Of a stretch of 64,000 nucleotides of DNA, positions 52,400 through 61,456 are shown piece by piece. The position numbers were made by a program, and so were the translations under genes. Under the pieces are notes generated by a model. The model was not told the origin of the DNA and searched no databases. It saw only the letters and a list, made by a program, of their open reading frames with translations. Every line of letters begins with the position of its first letter. The first letter of the stretch is position 1. Source of the stretch: Candidatus Limnocylindria bacterium (lineage in GTDB: Bacteria; Chloroflexota; Limnocylindria; P2-11E); NCBI GenBank assembly GCA_036001645.1, contig DASYUC010000045.1, forward strand, positions 14 through 64,013, written 5' to 3'.

Positions 52400-52677
52400 G
52401 TCGCCTTGGTGCTCTTCGAGCTCTTCGCCGCGCGCTTCGCGACGCGGCTGCGCTTGCGGCGCGCCGCGTTCTTGTGGATCGCGCCCCGCTTCGCGGCGCG
52501 GTCGAGCATGCTCGCGGCTTCTGCGACAGCCTCCTGGACGGTCTCGCCGCCCTTCTCGATCGCCGCTCGTGCCGACTTCACCGCGCTCCGCGCGGCCGAA
52601 CGCGCGATGGTCTTGATGCTGGTGCGTCGTTGCGTTTGACGGATCCGCTTGAGGGCCGAACGCTTCTTCTTCGCCAT
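52396..52677 (-). CDS. rpsT: 30S ribosomal protein S20
   Basis: The sequence is MAKKKRSALKRIRQTQRRTSIKTIARSAARSAVKSA...AAKRGAIHKNAARRKRSR. The start is the internal ATG at 52677. Confidence 0.9.
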   Translation of the reverse strand: MAKKKRSALKRIRQTQRRTSIKTIARSAARSAVKSARAAIEKGGETVQEAVAEAASMLDRAAKRGAIHKNAARRKRSRVAKRAAKSSKSTKAT

Positions 52678-52742
52678 AGGGCCGGAACGATACACGACGC
52701 CGCTTACAGAACCGTATCGCTTCGCACGCTCATACTCGCGCG

Positions 52743-54329
52743 GTGACGATGTCCATCGCCCGGGCCTCGCTCGTCATGATCGCCGCCCTCATCGCCAGCC
52801 GGATCCTCGGGTGGCTCCGGCTTTCCGTCATCGGCGCGACGTTCGGAGAGACGCCCCAGTTCGACGCGTTCTGGGCCGCGTTCCGCATCCCAAACGCGCT
52901 GTTCGAGCTCCTGGTCGCGGGTGCCCTCGCGTCGGCGTTCATCCCGGTCTTCGCCGGCTACCTGGCGAAGGAGCGCGAGAACGAGGCCTGGCACGTGGCT
53001 TCGAGCGTCATGAACGTCCTCGTCCTCTCTCTCGTCGTCCTCTCGGGCCTGATGTGGCTCGCGGCGCCGTGGATCGTGCCGACCCTGATCGTCTCGCCGC
53101 AGTTCGCGAGCCAGCCGGGCCAGCTCGACCTCACGATCGAGCTCACCCGGATCATGCTGCTCAGCCCGATCTTCATGGGCCTCTCGTCGCTCGTGACCGG
53201 CGTCCTGCAGTCGTACCGCCAGGTCCTCGCGGGTGCCGTCGCTCCACTCGTGTACAACGCGGTGCAGATCCTCTTCGCGCTCTTCGCGTCACCGTTCGTT
53301 GGCATCCACGCGCTCGCGTACGGCGTCGTCGCCGGCGCGGCGATGATGTTCCTGGTCCAGCTGCCGGAGCTCACCTTCCGCCGCACGAAGTACCGACTCA
53401 CGTTCGACCTTGGCCACACCGGGGTGCGTGAGATCTTCGCTCTGGCCGGGCCGCGCACGCTGTCGCTCGGCGCGGTCCAGATCGTGTTCTTCGTGGACAC
53501 GTATCTCGCCTCGGGCATGCGCGAGGGTTCGCTCACCGCGCTCAACTATGCGTTCCAGCTCATGCTGCTGCCGCTCGGCGTGTTCTCGATCGCGATCTCG
53601 GCCGCCGTATTCCCCGCGCTGTCGCACTACGCGTCGCTGGGTCAGGCGGCGAAGATGCGCGACGCGCTGCAGCAGGCGATCCGGTGGATCCTCTTCCTCA
53701 CGCTCCCGACCGCGATCCTCATGGTCGTGCTGCGCCGCCCGATCGTGAACCTGCTCTTCCAGTACGGGGCGTTCGGCCCCGACGCACGCGAGCTCGTACA
53801 GGCCGCGTTCCTGTTCTACGCGCTCGGCCTCGCCGGGCATGCGCTGGTCCAGATCCTGGCGCGGGCGTACTACGCATCGCGCGACACGACGACCCCTCTC
53901 GCGCTGACCCTGATCTCGATCGGGACCAACGTGGTCCTGTCCGTCACGCTTGCGCCAGTGTTCGGCATCAACGGATTGGCTCTGGCGAATTCGATCGCGA
54001 CGCTGGCCGAAGCGGCATTGCTGCTCCTGCTGCTGGCGCCGCGCGCGCGCCTTCGGCTCGTCGGTCTCGGCTACGCGCTGCTGAAGCAGGTCACCGCGGC
54101 CCTCTTCATGGGCGTCGCGATGTTCCTCTTCATCAACGTCACGAACATCCCGTTGAACCTCGCCCAGGACCCGCCCAAGCCGCTGCTGTTCGTCCAGACG
54201 CTCCTGGCCGCCACATTCGGAATCGGCATCTACCTGCTCGCCGCGTGGGCGATCCGGATCAGCGAGCTTCAGGAGGTCATCGCCTTCGTGCGAGCGCGAT
54301 TTCGCCGGCCGGCGATAGAAGTGACCTGA
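52743..54329 (+). CDS. murJ: Lipid II flippase MurJ/MviN
   Basis: The N-terminus is IASRILGWLRLSVIGATFGETPQFDAFWAAFRIPNALFELLVAGALASAFIPVF, with ~14 TM segments. The start could be GTG at 52743 or ATG at 52749. Confidence 0.9.
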   Translation: MTMSIARASLVMIAALIASRILGWLRLSVIGATFGETPQFDAFWAAFRIPNALFELLVAGALASAFIPVFAGYLAKERENEAWHVASSVMNVLVLSLVVLSGLMWLAAPWIVPTLIVSPQFASQPGQLDLTIELTRIMLLSPIFMGLSSLVTGVLQSYRQVLAGAVAPLVYNAVQILFALFASPFVGIHALAYGVVAGAAMMFLVQLPELTFRRTKYRLTFDLGHTGVREIFALAGPRTLSLGAVQIVFFVDTYLASGMREGSLTALNYAFQLMLLPLGVFSIAISAAVFPALSHYASLGQAAKMRDALQQAIRWILFLTLPTAILMVVLRRPIVNLLFQYGAFGPDARELVQAAFLFYALGLAGHALVQILARAYYASRDTTTPLALTLISIGTNVVLSVTLAPVFGINGLALANSIATLAEAALLLLLLAPRARLRLVGLGYALLKQVTAALFMGVAMFLFINVTNIPLNLAQDPPKPLLFVQTLLAATFGIGIYLLAAWAIRISELQEVIAFVRARFRRPAIEVT

Positions 54330-54420
54330 TCCGAGAGCGCTCCTGTCGAGCTTCTTCACGAACGAGGCGATGTCCAAGGCGCGACCGGCGGGGGGCTGAG
54401 CGTCCCGAAGGAGGCATGAG

Positions 54421-54789
54421 GTGAACATCGCCCTGTGGGCGTTGCAAAGCGTGACGGCGGTCGCGTTCGGCGGACACGGATCCCTGCTGGTCAGCGGTCC
54501 GCAGCGCATGGCGGCACGTGTGCCGTGGGTCGCTGCGTTACCGACCCCGATCGTCCGTCTCCTCGGCGTGCTCGAGATCCTCGGCGCCGGCGGGGTCGTC
54601 GTTCCGGCCGCCACCGGCGTGCTGCCGTCGCTGACCGTGGCGGCGGCGGGTGGCCTCGTCGCGATGATGCTCCTCGCGATGCTCTTCCACGTCACGCGCC
54701 GCGAGTGGCCGAACCTCGGACTGAATCTCATCTTGGGCCTGCTCGCGTTCGCCGTCGCGTACGGGCGGTCCGTGATCGAGCCCCTCTAA
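54421..54789 (+). CDS. DoxX-like family membrane protein
   Basis: It has four TM helices and the motif [17 protein letters not shown] strong GGAGG SD precedes the GTG at 54421. Confidence 0.7.
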   Translation: MNIALWALQSVTAVAFGGHGSLLVSGPQRMAARVPWVAALPTPIVRLLGVLEILGAGGVVVPAATGVLPSLTVAAAGGLVAMMLLAMLFHVTRREWPNLGLNLILGLLAFAVAYGRSVIEPL

Positions 54790-54808
54790 GCACCCTATCC
54801 TCGAACGC

Positions 54809-56620
54809 GTGTCCGACCCGCAATCCCGGATCCGTAACTTCTGCGTGATCGCGCACGTCGATCACGGGAAGACGACGCTGTCCGATCGCCTCATCGAGCT
54901 CACCGGCACGGTCGCGCTGCGCCAGATGCGCGACCAGCTGCTCGACTCGATGGAGCTCGAACGCGAGCACGGCGTGACGATCAAGGCCCGCGCGGTGCGC
55001 ATGGCATGGACGGCGCGCGACGGCGAGATCTATGAGCTCAACCTCATCGACACGCCCGGCCACGTCGACTTCAACTACGAGGTGAGCCGGTCGCTCGCGG
55101 CGTGCGAGGGAGCGCTCCTGCTGGTCGACGCCTCCCAGGGCATCGAGGCCCAGACGCTCGCGAACGCCTACCTCGCGGTCGAGCAGGGCCTCGAGGTGAT
55201 CCCGGTCATCAACAAGATCGACCTGCCGAGCATCGACCTCGACCTGGTCCGCGAGGACCTGCGGACGACCCTGGGGTTCAAGGACGAGGAGATCCTCCTC
55301 GCATCGGGCAAGACCGGTCAGGGGGTCCCCGACCTGCTGCATGCGATCGTCGAGCGCGTGCCGGCGCCGAAGGGCGACCCGGTCGCGCCGCTTCGTGCCC
55401 TCATCTTCGATTCGCACTACGACGCGTACAAGGGCGTGGTCGCCCACGTGCGGGTCGTCGATGGGGTCTTGACCGCGGACGACCGCATCCTGCCGATGGC
55501 GACGCAGAAGGCGAGCGAGATGCTCGAGCTCGGGGTCTTCGCGCCCGAGCCGCGCCCGGTCACGCTGCTCGCCGCCGGCGAGGTCGGCTACGCCGCCACG
55601 GGCCTGAAAGCCGTCGCCGACTGCCGTGTCGGCGACACGCTCACGCTCGCATCACGGCCGGCCGCGACCCCGCTCCCCGGGTACAGACCGGCGAAGCCCA
55701 TGGTCTTCGCGGGCTTCTACCCGCAGCGCGCCGAGGACTATCCCGGGCTGCGTGACGCGCTCGAGAAGCTGCGCCTGAACGACGCGTCCCTGATCTACGA
55801 GCCGGAGACATCCCAGGCGCTCGGCTTCGGATTCCGCTGTGGCTTCCTCGGCCTGTTCCACCTCGAGATCATCCAAGAGCGTCTCGAGCGCGAGTACGAC
55901 ATGGAGCTCATCGCGACCTCACCGTCGGTCGAGTACCGGGTGATCACGCAAAAAGGCACTGAGGTCGCGATCGACAACCCCGCGATGCTTCCCGACCCGG
56001 GCACCATCGTGGAGATCCGTGAGCCGTGGATGAAGACCACGTTGATCACGCCGACCAACTACGTGGGGCCGATCATGGACCTCGCCCAGGGCAAACGCGG
56101 GACGCTCCTCAACATGAGCTACGTCGATCCGACGCGAGCGATGCTCGTGTACGACATGCCGCTCTCCGAGGTCATCGTCGATTTCTACGATCAGCTGAAG
56201 AGCCGCTCGCAGGGATACGCGTCGCTCGATTACGAATTCGGCGAGTATCGCGCCGCCGACCTTGTGCGCTTGGACATCCTCGTGGCCGGCACGCTCGTCG
56301 ACGCGCTGTCGATCATCGTGCACCGCGAGAAGGCGCAGCACGTGGGTCGCCTCCTGGTCTCGAAGCTGCGCGGTCTCATCCCGAAGCAGATGTTCGACGT
56401 GCGCATCCAGGCGGCGATCGGCGGCAAGATCATCGCGAGCGAGAACGTGAGTGCGAAACGCAAGGACGTGATCGCAAAGTGCTACGGCGGCGACATCACG
56501 CGCAAGAAGAAGCTGCTGGAGAAGCAGAAGGAAGGCAAGAAGCGCATGAAGATGGTGGGATCGGTCGAGATCCCACAGGAGGCCTTCCTCGCAGTGCTGC
56601 GGATCAAGGACGACGCATGA
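54809..56620 (+). CDS. lepA: Translation elongation factor 4
   Basis: The motifs are [29 protein letters not shown] and NKID, with the LepA-specific C-terminus [32 protein letters not shown]. Confidence 0.95.
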   Translation: MSDPQSRIRNFCVIAHVDHGKTTLSDRLIELTGTVALRQMRDQLLDSMELEREHGVTIKARAVRMAWTARDGEIYELNLIDTPGHVDFNYEVSRSLAACEGALLLVDASQGIEAQTLANAYLAVEQGLEVIPVINKIDLPSIDLDLVREDLRTTLGFKDEEILLASGKTGQGVPDLLHAIVERVPAPKGDPVAPLRALIFDSHYDAYKGVVAHVRVVDGVLTADDRILPMATQKASEMLELGVFAPEPRPVTLLAAGEVGYAATGLKAVADCRVGDTLTLASRPAATPLPGYRPAKPMVFAGFYPQRAEDYPGLRDALEKLRLNDASLIYEPETSQALGFGFRCGFLGLFHLEIIQERLEREYDMELIATSPSVEYRVITQKGTEVAIDNPAMLPDPGTIVEIREPWMKTTLITPTNYVGPIMDLAQGKRGTLLNMSYVDPTRAMLVYDMPLSEVIVDFYDQLKSRSQGYASLDYEFGEYRAADLVRLDILVAGTLVDALSIIVHREKAQHVGRLLVSKLRGLIPKQMFDVRIQAAIGGKIIASENVSAKRKDVIAKCYGGDITRKKKLLEKQKEGKKRMKMVGSVEIPQEAFLAVLRIKDDA

Positions 56621-57117
56621 AGCGGCCCAAGCTGCAGTTCGACCATCCGACGCAGACGAACGCGTCCACGTTCCTCCAGTCCATCGTCGCGGGCGATGCC
56701 ACCGCGACGTGGGCGCATCTGTCGCGGGAGACACGCGGCCTCCTCCAGGGTTTGTACGCGGCGCATGCCGGGGTCTCGCTCAAGAACGCCGCAGGTGTCG
56801 ACGGGTCCTCGGCTGACGCGCGTCTCATTGAGATCGTCGCGCCACTGCGCGAGTCGGTCATCGCCGCGCTCGGCGGTGCCGACCTCGTCGGCGGTTACGG
56901 CGTCTCTGGGGCGCGCCTCGTGGATCGCGGCACGGCTTACGTGCTGCTGCTTCCCGAGTTCGGTGACGAGCGCGTCGTGACCGAAGCTGAGTGGCGGCCC
57001 TCGCATCTGCTGGCGTTCGTGAACGAGTCTCGCGAATGGCTCGTGGATCTCGGCAAGACCGCCGAGCTCTCCGCCGATGCTGAGCTACCGGATCTCCTCG
57101 GAGCGATACGCCGATGA
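56617..57117 (+). CDS. Hypothetical protein (166 aa)
   Basis: The ATG overlaps the lepA stop (ATGA). The sequence is plausibly globular, but no family was recognised. Confidence 0.6.
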   Translation: MKRPKLQFDHPTQTNASTFLQSIVAGDATATWAHLSRETRGLLQGLYAAHAGVSLKNAAGVDGSSADARLIEIVAPLRESVIAALGGADLVGGYGVSGARLVDRGTAYVLLLPEFGDERVVTEAEWRPSHLLAFVNESREWLVDLGKTAELSADAELPDLLGAIRR

Positions 57118-57476
57118 GGGTGCGACCCGATGAGAACCATGCCATATCGCTGGGGTCGCTTCGCGGGCTCGTGATCGCAGCATCGCTTCTCGCCTGTGAT
57201 CCCTTTGAGTACGTCTACCTCACAAATCGAGCCGCCGAACCCGTCTCGCTCTATGAGATCACCCGAACGCCTGAATCGCTGACCCGGTTGGCTCCGGGGG
57301 AAACTCGTCGACGGAACTGGCGCTATCCGATCGATGCCACCGATCTGCGCCGAGTCCGCGTCGAGGCGGATGGTTCCGGCGGTAAGCGGATCTTCTGTCA
57401 CGACTTTTCGTACGAGGACCTGAGATCGGTCAACTGGCGTATCGACATAACGCCGGGCCGGGACGACTGCAAGTGA
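57114..57476 (+). CDS. Putative lipoprotein (120 aa)
   Basis: It has an ATGA overlap upstream and a GTGA overlap downstream. The lipobox-like segment is AASLLAC. Confidence 0.55.
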   Translation: MRVRPDENHAISLGSLRGLVIAASLLACDPFEYVYLTNRAAEPVSLYEITRTPESLTRLAPGETRRRNWRYPIDATDLRRVRVEADGSGGKRIFCHDFSYEDLRSVNWRIDITPGRDDCK

Positions 57477-58711
57477 GCGGCCCTCTGACGCGGACATCGT
57501 CTGCATCCGCGCGGACAGCTGCGACGGCACCACCTATCGGCGTTTACGTGCACATCCCCTTCTGTGCGGCGCGCTGCCCGTACTGCGACTTCGCCACAGC
57601 GCCTGCCCGGAGCGCGCTGCGGTCTCGCTACCTGGACGCGCTCGACGCCGAGATCCGGCGCGAGGGCGAGCGGCTCGGGCGGCCGCGCGTCACGACGCTG
57701 TACGTCGGCGGCGGTACGCCGAGCCTCCTCGAGCCGGTCGAGATCGCGCGCCTCGGCGCGGCGCTCCAGCTCGCGTTCGATCTGCGTCCGACGGAGGCGA
57801 CCGTCGAGGCGAACCCGGCGACGCTCGATCGCGCGCGCCTGGAGGCGTGGACCGCCCTCGGGATCACCCGCCTCTCACTGGGCGCGCAGTCGTTCTCGGC
57901 GGAGGGTCTGCGGGCGCTCGGCCGCACCCACCAAGTGGAGGACATCCCGCCGGCCGTGGCCGCAGGACGGTCGGTCGGCTTCGACGTGAACCTCGACCTG
58001 ATCTTCGGCTGGCCCGGCCAGACCATGGCCGCGTGGCAGGCGGACCTCGCGGCCGCGGTCGCCCTCGGGCCGGATCACCTCTCCTGCTACCCGCTCGAGC
58101 TCGCGCTCGAACCGGAGGAGGCCGTGGCGAACTGGCCCGGTGCGGGGTGGCGATCCGTCGAGCGCTGGCGGCGGCGTTCCGCCGCCGCGCAGGCCGATGA
58201 CGACGGTATCGCGGCGCTGTACGAGCTGGCCGAGGCGTTCCTGGGACGGAACGGCTACCGGCACTACGAGATCGCGAACTGGGCCCGCCCGGGCAAGCGC
58301 TGCCGGCACAACCTGGTCTACTGGCGCAACGGTGACTGGCTCGGCGTCGGTGCGGGCGCGCACTCACACCTCGCGGGAGCTCGCTCGCGCAACTCTGGTG
58401 TCCTGCCCGCCTATGTCGCGGGGGTCGAACGTGGCGAAGAACGGATCGTCGACAGGACCGCGGACGCCGCCGTGGACGGCGCGATGCTCGCGCTGCGCCT
58501 CGACGAGGGTCTCGACCTCGGCCGTTACGGAACGCGCTTCGGGCCGGATGCCGCATCGCGCGTGCGGAGCGCGCTGCGTTCGCTCGACGGAACGCGTCTC
58601 GTGCGTTGGTCCGGTGAGCGCGTGCGCCTCACCGCGCGGGGCCGCTTGCTCGCGAACGAGGTGTTCGTGCGCCTTCTGCCGGACGAGGCCAGTGTGTCTG
58701 CACCGGTCTAG
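57473..58711 (+). CDS. hemW: Radical SAM heme chaperone HemW (HemN-like, oxygen-independent coproporphyrinogen oxidase family)
   Basis: The radical-SAM motif is GVYVHIPFCAARCPYCDFA, followed by LYVGGGTPS and an HNLVYW tail. The lepA-hemW linkage is typical. Confidence 0.9.
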   Translation: MSGPLTRTSSASARTAATAPPIGVYVHIPFCAARCPYCDFATAPARSALRSRYLDALDAEIRREGERLGRPRVTTLYVGGGTPSLLEPVEIARLGAALQLAFDLRPTEATVEANPATLDRARLEAWTALGITRLSLGAQSFSAEGLRALGRTHQVEDIPPAVAAGRSVGFDVNLDLIFGWPGQTMAAWQADLAAAVALGPDHLSCYPLELALEPEEAVANWPGAGWRSVERWRRRSAAAQADDDGIAALYELAEAFLGRNGYRHYEIANWARPGKRCRHNLVYWRNGDWLGVGAGAHSHLAGARSRNSGVLPAYVAGVERGEERIVDRTADAAVDGAMLALRLDEGLDLGRYGTRFGPDAASRVRSALRSLDGTRLVRWSGERVRLTARGRLLANEVFVRLLPDEASVSAPV

Positions 58712-58800
58712 TACGACTACGCGCTTGCGGCGAGATGCCGAACGCGATATGACACGTCACACAACAGCACTTCTCTCGCGCCAAAGAATGGGGAGGCCTC

Positions 58801-59175
58801 ATGCAGGACGAGAACACCGGGACCGATTGGACACAGCAGAAGCAGCCTGGCTCGATCTGGCCCGCGCCGCAGCCAGCGGGTACGCCGCCCATGCCACCGT
58901 CACCGATGGGCGGGGCGAAATCGGGCGGCGGCTCGTCGATGGGCAGCGCGGCCAAGTCGAGCGGCGGCCGCAAGAAGACCGCACGCAAGAAGACGACCGC
59001 GAAGAAGAAGACGACGGCTCGCAAGAGCACCGCTCGCAAGAAGACGACCGCGAAGAAGAAGACGACGGCCCGCAAGGGCACCAAGCGCAAGTCGACCGCC
59101 CGCAAGGGCACGCGCAAGAGCACCAGACGCAAGTCGACCGCGCGCAAGAGCACCGGGCGCAAGCGCCGCCGCTAG
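58801..59175 (+). CDS. Highly basic Lys/Thr/Arg-repeat protein (histone-H1-like tail), possible nucleoid- or ribosome-associated protein
   Basis: The SD GGGGAGG precedes the ATG. A Pro/Gly-rich N-half is followed by RKKTARKKTTAKKKTTARKSTARKKTTAKKKTTARKGTKRKSTARKGTRKSTRRKSTARKSTGRKRRR. A hairpin terminator follows. Confidence 0.65.
   Translation: MQDENTGTDWTQQKQPGSIWPAPQPAGTPPMPPSPMGGAKSGGGSSMGSAAKSSGGRKKTARKKTTAKKKTTARKSTARKKTTAKKKTTARKGTKRKSTARKGTRKSTRRKSTARKSTGRKRRR
58984..59085 (+). repeat. Two tandem 51-bp coding repeats (RKKTTAKKKTTARK(S/G)T..)
   Basis: Unit 1 (58984-59034) and unit 2 (59035-59085) differ at only a few positions. Shorter degenerate CGCAAG-based units continue to 59160. 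Confidence 0.85.
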
Positions 59176-59198
59176 TCGCCTTTTCCTGGAGAAACGAG

Positions 59199-59223
59199 AC
59201 ACGCCGCCCAAAAGGCGGCGTGT
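59199..59223. terminator. Bidirectional intrinsic-terminator-like hairpin between convergent genes
   Basis: ACACGCCGCC-CAAAA-GGCGGCGTGT forms a 10-bp GC-rich stem. It is followed by TGTTGTCGTT on the plus strand and by TCTCGTTTCTCC on the minus strand. Confidence 0.6.
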
Positions 59224-59247
59224 TGTCGTTCCAGACGCTCCGGCGTA

Positions 59248-59355
59248 CTAGTTGCGCTTGCCGCGGCCCATCCCGGGCTTGCGCCCGTGGTTCGCCTTCT
59301 TGCTGCGCCACCCCAGCTTTCCGGTGGTCTTCTGCTTCTTCTGCCCCTTGCTCAT
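59248..59355 (-). CDS. 35-aa basic microprotein (not in ORF track); possibly bL37-like
   Basis: Manual translation gives MSKGQKKQKTTGKLGWRSKKANHGRKPGMGRGKRN. The ATG overlaps the upstream stop (ATGA) and GGAGG lies 12 nt upstream. The KKANHG.KP core recalls, from memory, actinobacterial ribosomal protein bL37. A terminator hairpin follows. Confidence 0.5.
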   Translation of the reverse strand: MSKGQKKQKTTGKLGWRSKKANHGRKPGMGRGKRN

Positions 59356-60275
59356 GCGGCGTCGTGCCCTCCACTAAAGAGATGAAGCTGCAGCGCCCGC
59401 GTCGGCGGGGCGATCAGCTCGGTCACGAGCCATTGTGCGATGTCCACGCCCGGGGCGTCCGCCGCGAGGCCGACGTGCGATCGCGCGCTCTCGAGACGCT
59501 TTCGCGCCGCGCGGGCGTCGAGGCCGATCGCGCGCGCGGTATCGGCGAGCGAGCGTTCGAGGACATCGCGAAGGACGAAGACACCGAGATCGGCGCCGCG
59601 GAGCGCGTAGCGACCGACGAGGTCGCGCAGCCCCGCGCCGAAGAGGCGCCCGGTGGCGACGGCGTCGCGGATCGTCGACGCGGCTTCCCCGTCGAGCTCC
59701 CCGATGCGCAGGAGCGCCGCGATCTCGCCATCGGGCAGGTGCCGAGCCTGCTCGAGCGACGCGAGGAAGCGCTGGACGACGACATCGTCGGAGACGGCGG
59801 GCAGCGCCGCTCCCGGCCCGGAATGGAGGGCCGCGATGCGCTCGAGAGCGGCGGCGAGGCCGCGACGGAGCCCCTCGAGGTCGGCGAAACGCACGACATC
59901 GACGACGGCGGGGTTGCCGAGCAGGAGGCGCGAGACGGTGCGCTCGCGCTCGACGACCAGGACGACCGGCACGGCGTGCTCGCGCGCGAGCTCGACCTCG
60001 ATGCCGACGCCGAAGGACGGGATGCCGGCGTACGCCACGACGACGCGCGCCGCGGTCACGTGTGCGCGGTCGATGTCGTAGACGGCACGCGGTTCCAGAT
60101 GGGCGGCGGCCACGGGGTCGCTGACGCGGTGGGGAAGGTAGGCGCGGAGGCCCACCGACTCCGCCACCTCGGCCAGCAGCTCGTAGAAGAGCCGCATGCG
60201 CGCGCCGTCGTCCAGCGCGGTGAGCGCGCCCGACACGTAGGCCTCGCCGATGCGGACCGCCCTCTCGCCGTCCAT
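59352..60275 (-). CDS. Hypothetical two-domain protein: nucleoside 2-deoxyribosyltransferase-like N-domain + sigma-70 region-4-like HTH C-terminal region
   Basis: The N-domain pattern is AYVSGAL...YLPH...VYDIDRAHVTAARVVVAYAG.PSFGVGIEVELAREHAVPVVLV. The C-terminal region is ERSLADTARAIGLDARAARKRLESAR. The assignment rests on pattern recognition only. Confidence 0.55.
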   Translation of the reverse strand: MDGERAVRIGEAYVSGALTALDDGARMRLFYELLAEVAESVGLRAYLPHRVSDPVAAAHLEPRAVYDIDRAHVTAARVVVAYAGIPSFGVGIEVELAREHAVPVVLVVERERTVSRLLLGNPAVVDVVRFADLEGLRRGLAAALERIAALHSGPGAALPAVSDDVVVQRFLASLEQARHLPDGEIAALLRIGELDGEAASTIRDAVATGRLFGAGLRDLVGRYALRGADLGVFVLRDVLERSLADTARAIGLDARAARKRLESARSHVGLAADAPGVDIAQWLVTELIAPPTRALQLHLFSGGHDAA

Positions 60276-60337
60276 GGGCGCTCGATGCTCGCACGCCCGT
60301 CAAGAACAGAAGGGGATACGCGGAGTGGTCGAAAACC

Positions 60338-60343
60338 TAGAAT
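60338..60343 (+). promoter_or_regulatory. Putative -10 element (TAGAAT) for a leaderless crp-family transcript
   Basis: TAGAAT ends 6 nt before the GTG start at 60350. No SD is present and no convincing -35 was seen. Confidence 0.3.
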
Positions 60344-60349
60344 CGCGCG

Positions 60350-61027
60350 GTGCCGGAGACACGTCTCCCGGACCATCTGCGGCGTTATCCGCTCTTCGCG
60401 AAGCTCGCCGACGCCGAGGTGGCGCAGCTGGCCGAGCGGATGCGCATGCGCTCGTTCAAGCGCGGGGAGGCGCTCTTCCGGAAAGACGATCCCGGCATGC
60501 ATCTGTATGTCGTTTTGGCCGGTGCGGTGAAGATCGCGCTCCCGGGCGAGTTCGGTCAGGAGGCGCTCGTTTCGATCATGCGTACCGGTGACTTCTTCGG
60601 CGAGCTCGCCCTGTTCGATGGCAGCCCGCGCTCCGCGTCAGCGACGGCGCTCGAGGACACCCGGGCCGCGCTCCTCGCGCGCGACGACTTCCTCGCCTTC
60701 CTCGAGGCCCACCCGGCGGCGGTGCGCGTCGTGCTGGACGCGCTCGCGAAGACGATCCGCCGGCTGTCCGACCGCGTGGAGGACCTGATCTTCCTCGACG
60801 TCCCGAGCCGGGTCGCCAAGTACCTGCTGGACCTGGCGCAGGCGGACGGCACCTCGAAGCTCGAGCTCACGCTCACGCAGGACGAGCTCGCGGCGTTCAT
60901 CGGTGCCTCGCGGGTGTCGGTGAACCGCGTGCTCGGCGACCTCGAGCGACGCGAGATCATCGGGATCCGACGCCGCCACATCGTCATCATCGATCCCGAT
61001 CGGCTCGCGAAGGAGATCCGGGTCTAG
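60350..61027 (+). CDS. Crp/Fnr-family transcriptional regulator
   Basis: The cNMP domain contains GDFFGELALFDGSPRSASATA. The C-terminal HTH is TQDELAAFIGASRVSVNRVLGDLERREII. Confidence 0.9.
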   Translation: MPETRLPDHLRRYPLFAKLADAEVAQLAERMRMRSFKRGEALFRKDDPGMHLYVVLAGAVKIALPGEFGQEALVSIMRTGDFFGELALFDGSPRSASATALEDTRAALLARDDFLAFLEAHPAAVRVVLDALAKTIRRLSDRVEDLIFLDVPSRVAKYLLDLAQADGTSKLELTLTQDELAAFIGASRVSVNRVLGDLERREIIGIRRRHIVIIDPDRLAKEIRV

Positions 61028-61413
61028 TGGCGCGGAAGCGCCCACTGGTCCTCGTCGTCGAGGACGATCCCGCCTTGGGCGACGTGATCATCACCGCGCT
61101 CCGCGACGACGGTCTTGACTCGAAGCTCGCGAGCGACGGCGACGAGGCGATGCGGCTGGTCGATGAGCTCGAGCCCTCCTGTATGGTCCTCGACCTCATG
61201 ATGCCGAGACGCGACGGCTTCTCGGTCCTGCGCGAGCTGCGGTCAGATGGGCGCATCGCGAAGATGCCCGTCGTGGTCGTGACCGCGATGTTCGGGCTCT
61301 CCGAGCGCAACTACGCGACCGAGCTCGGCGCGGCCGACTACGTCACCAAGCCCTTCGAGCTCGACGACCTGGTCGGCCGCGTGCGCGCGCTGATCAGTCC
61401 GACGCCGGTGTGA
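61027..61413 (+). CDS. Single-domain response regulator (CheY-like receiver)
   Basis: The receiver motifs are LVLVVEDD, VLDLMMPRRDG, VVVVTA and KPF. The GTG overlaps the crp stop (TAGTG). Confidence 0.9.
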   Translation: MARKRPLVLVVEDDPALGDVIITALRDDGLDSKLASDGDEAMRLVDELEPSCMVLDLMMPRRDGFSVLRELRSDGRIAKMPVVVVTAMFGLSERNYATELGAADYVTKPFELDDLVGRVRALISPTPV

Positions 61414-61456
61414 CCAGCTGGCCCTGCCCGACTGATACCACCGATGACCGCTTCGG

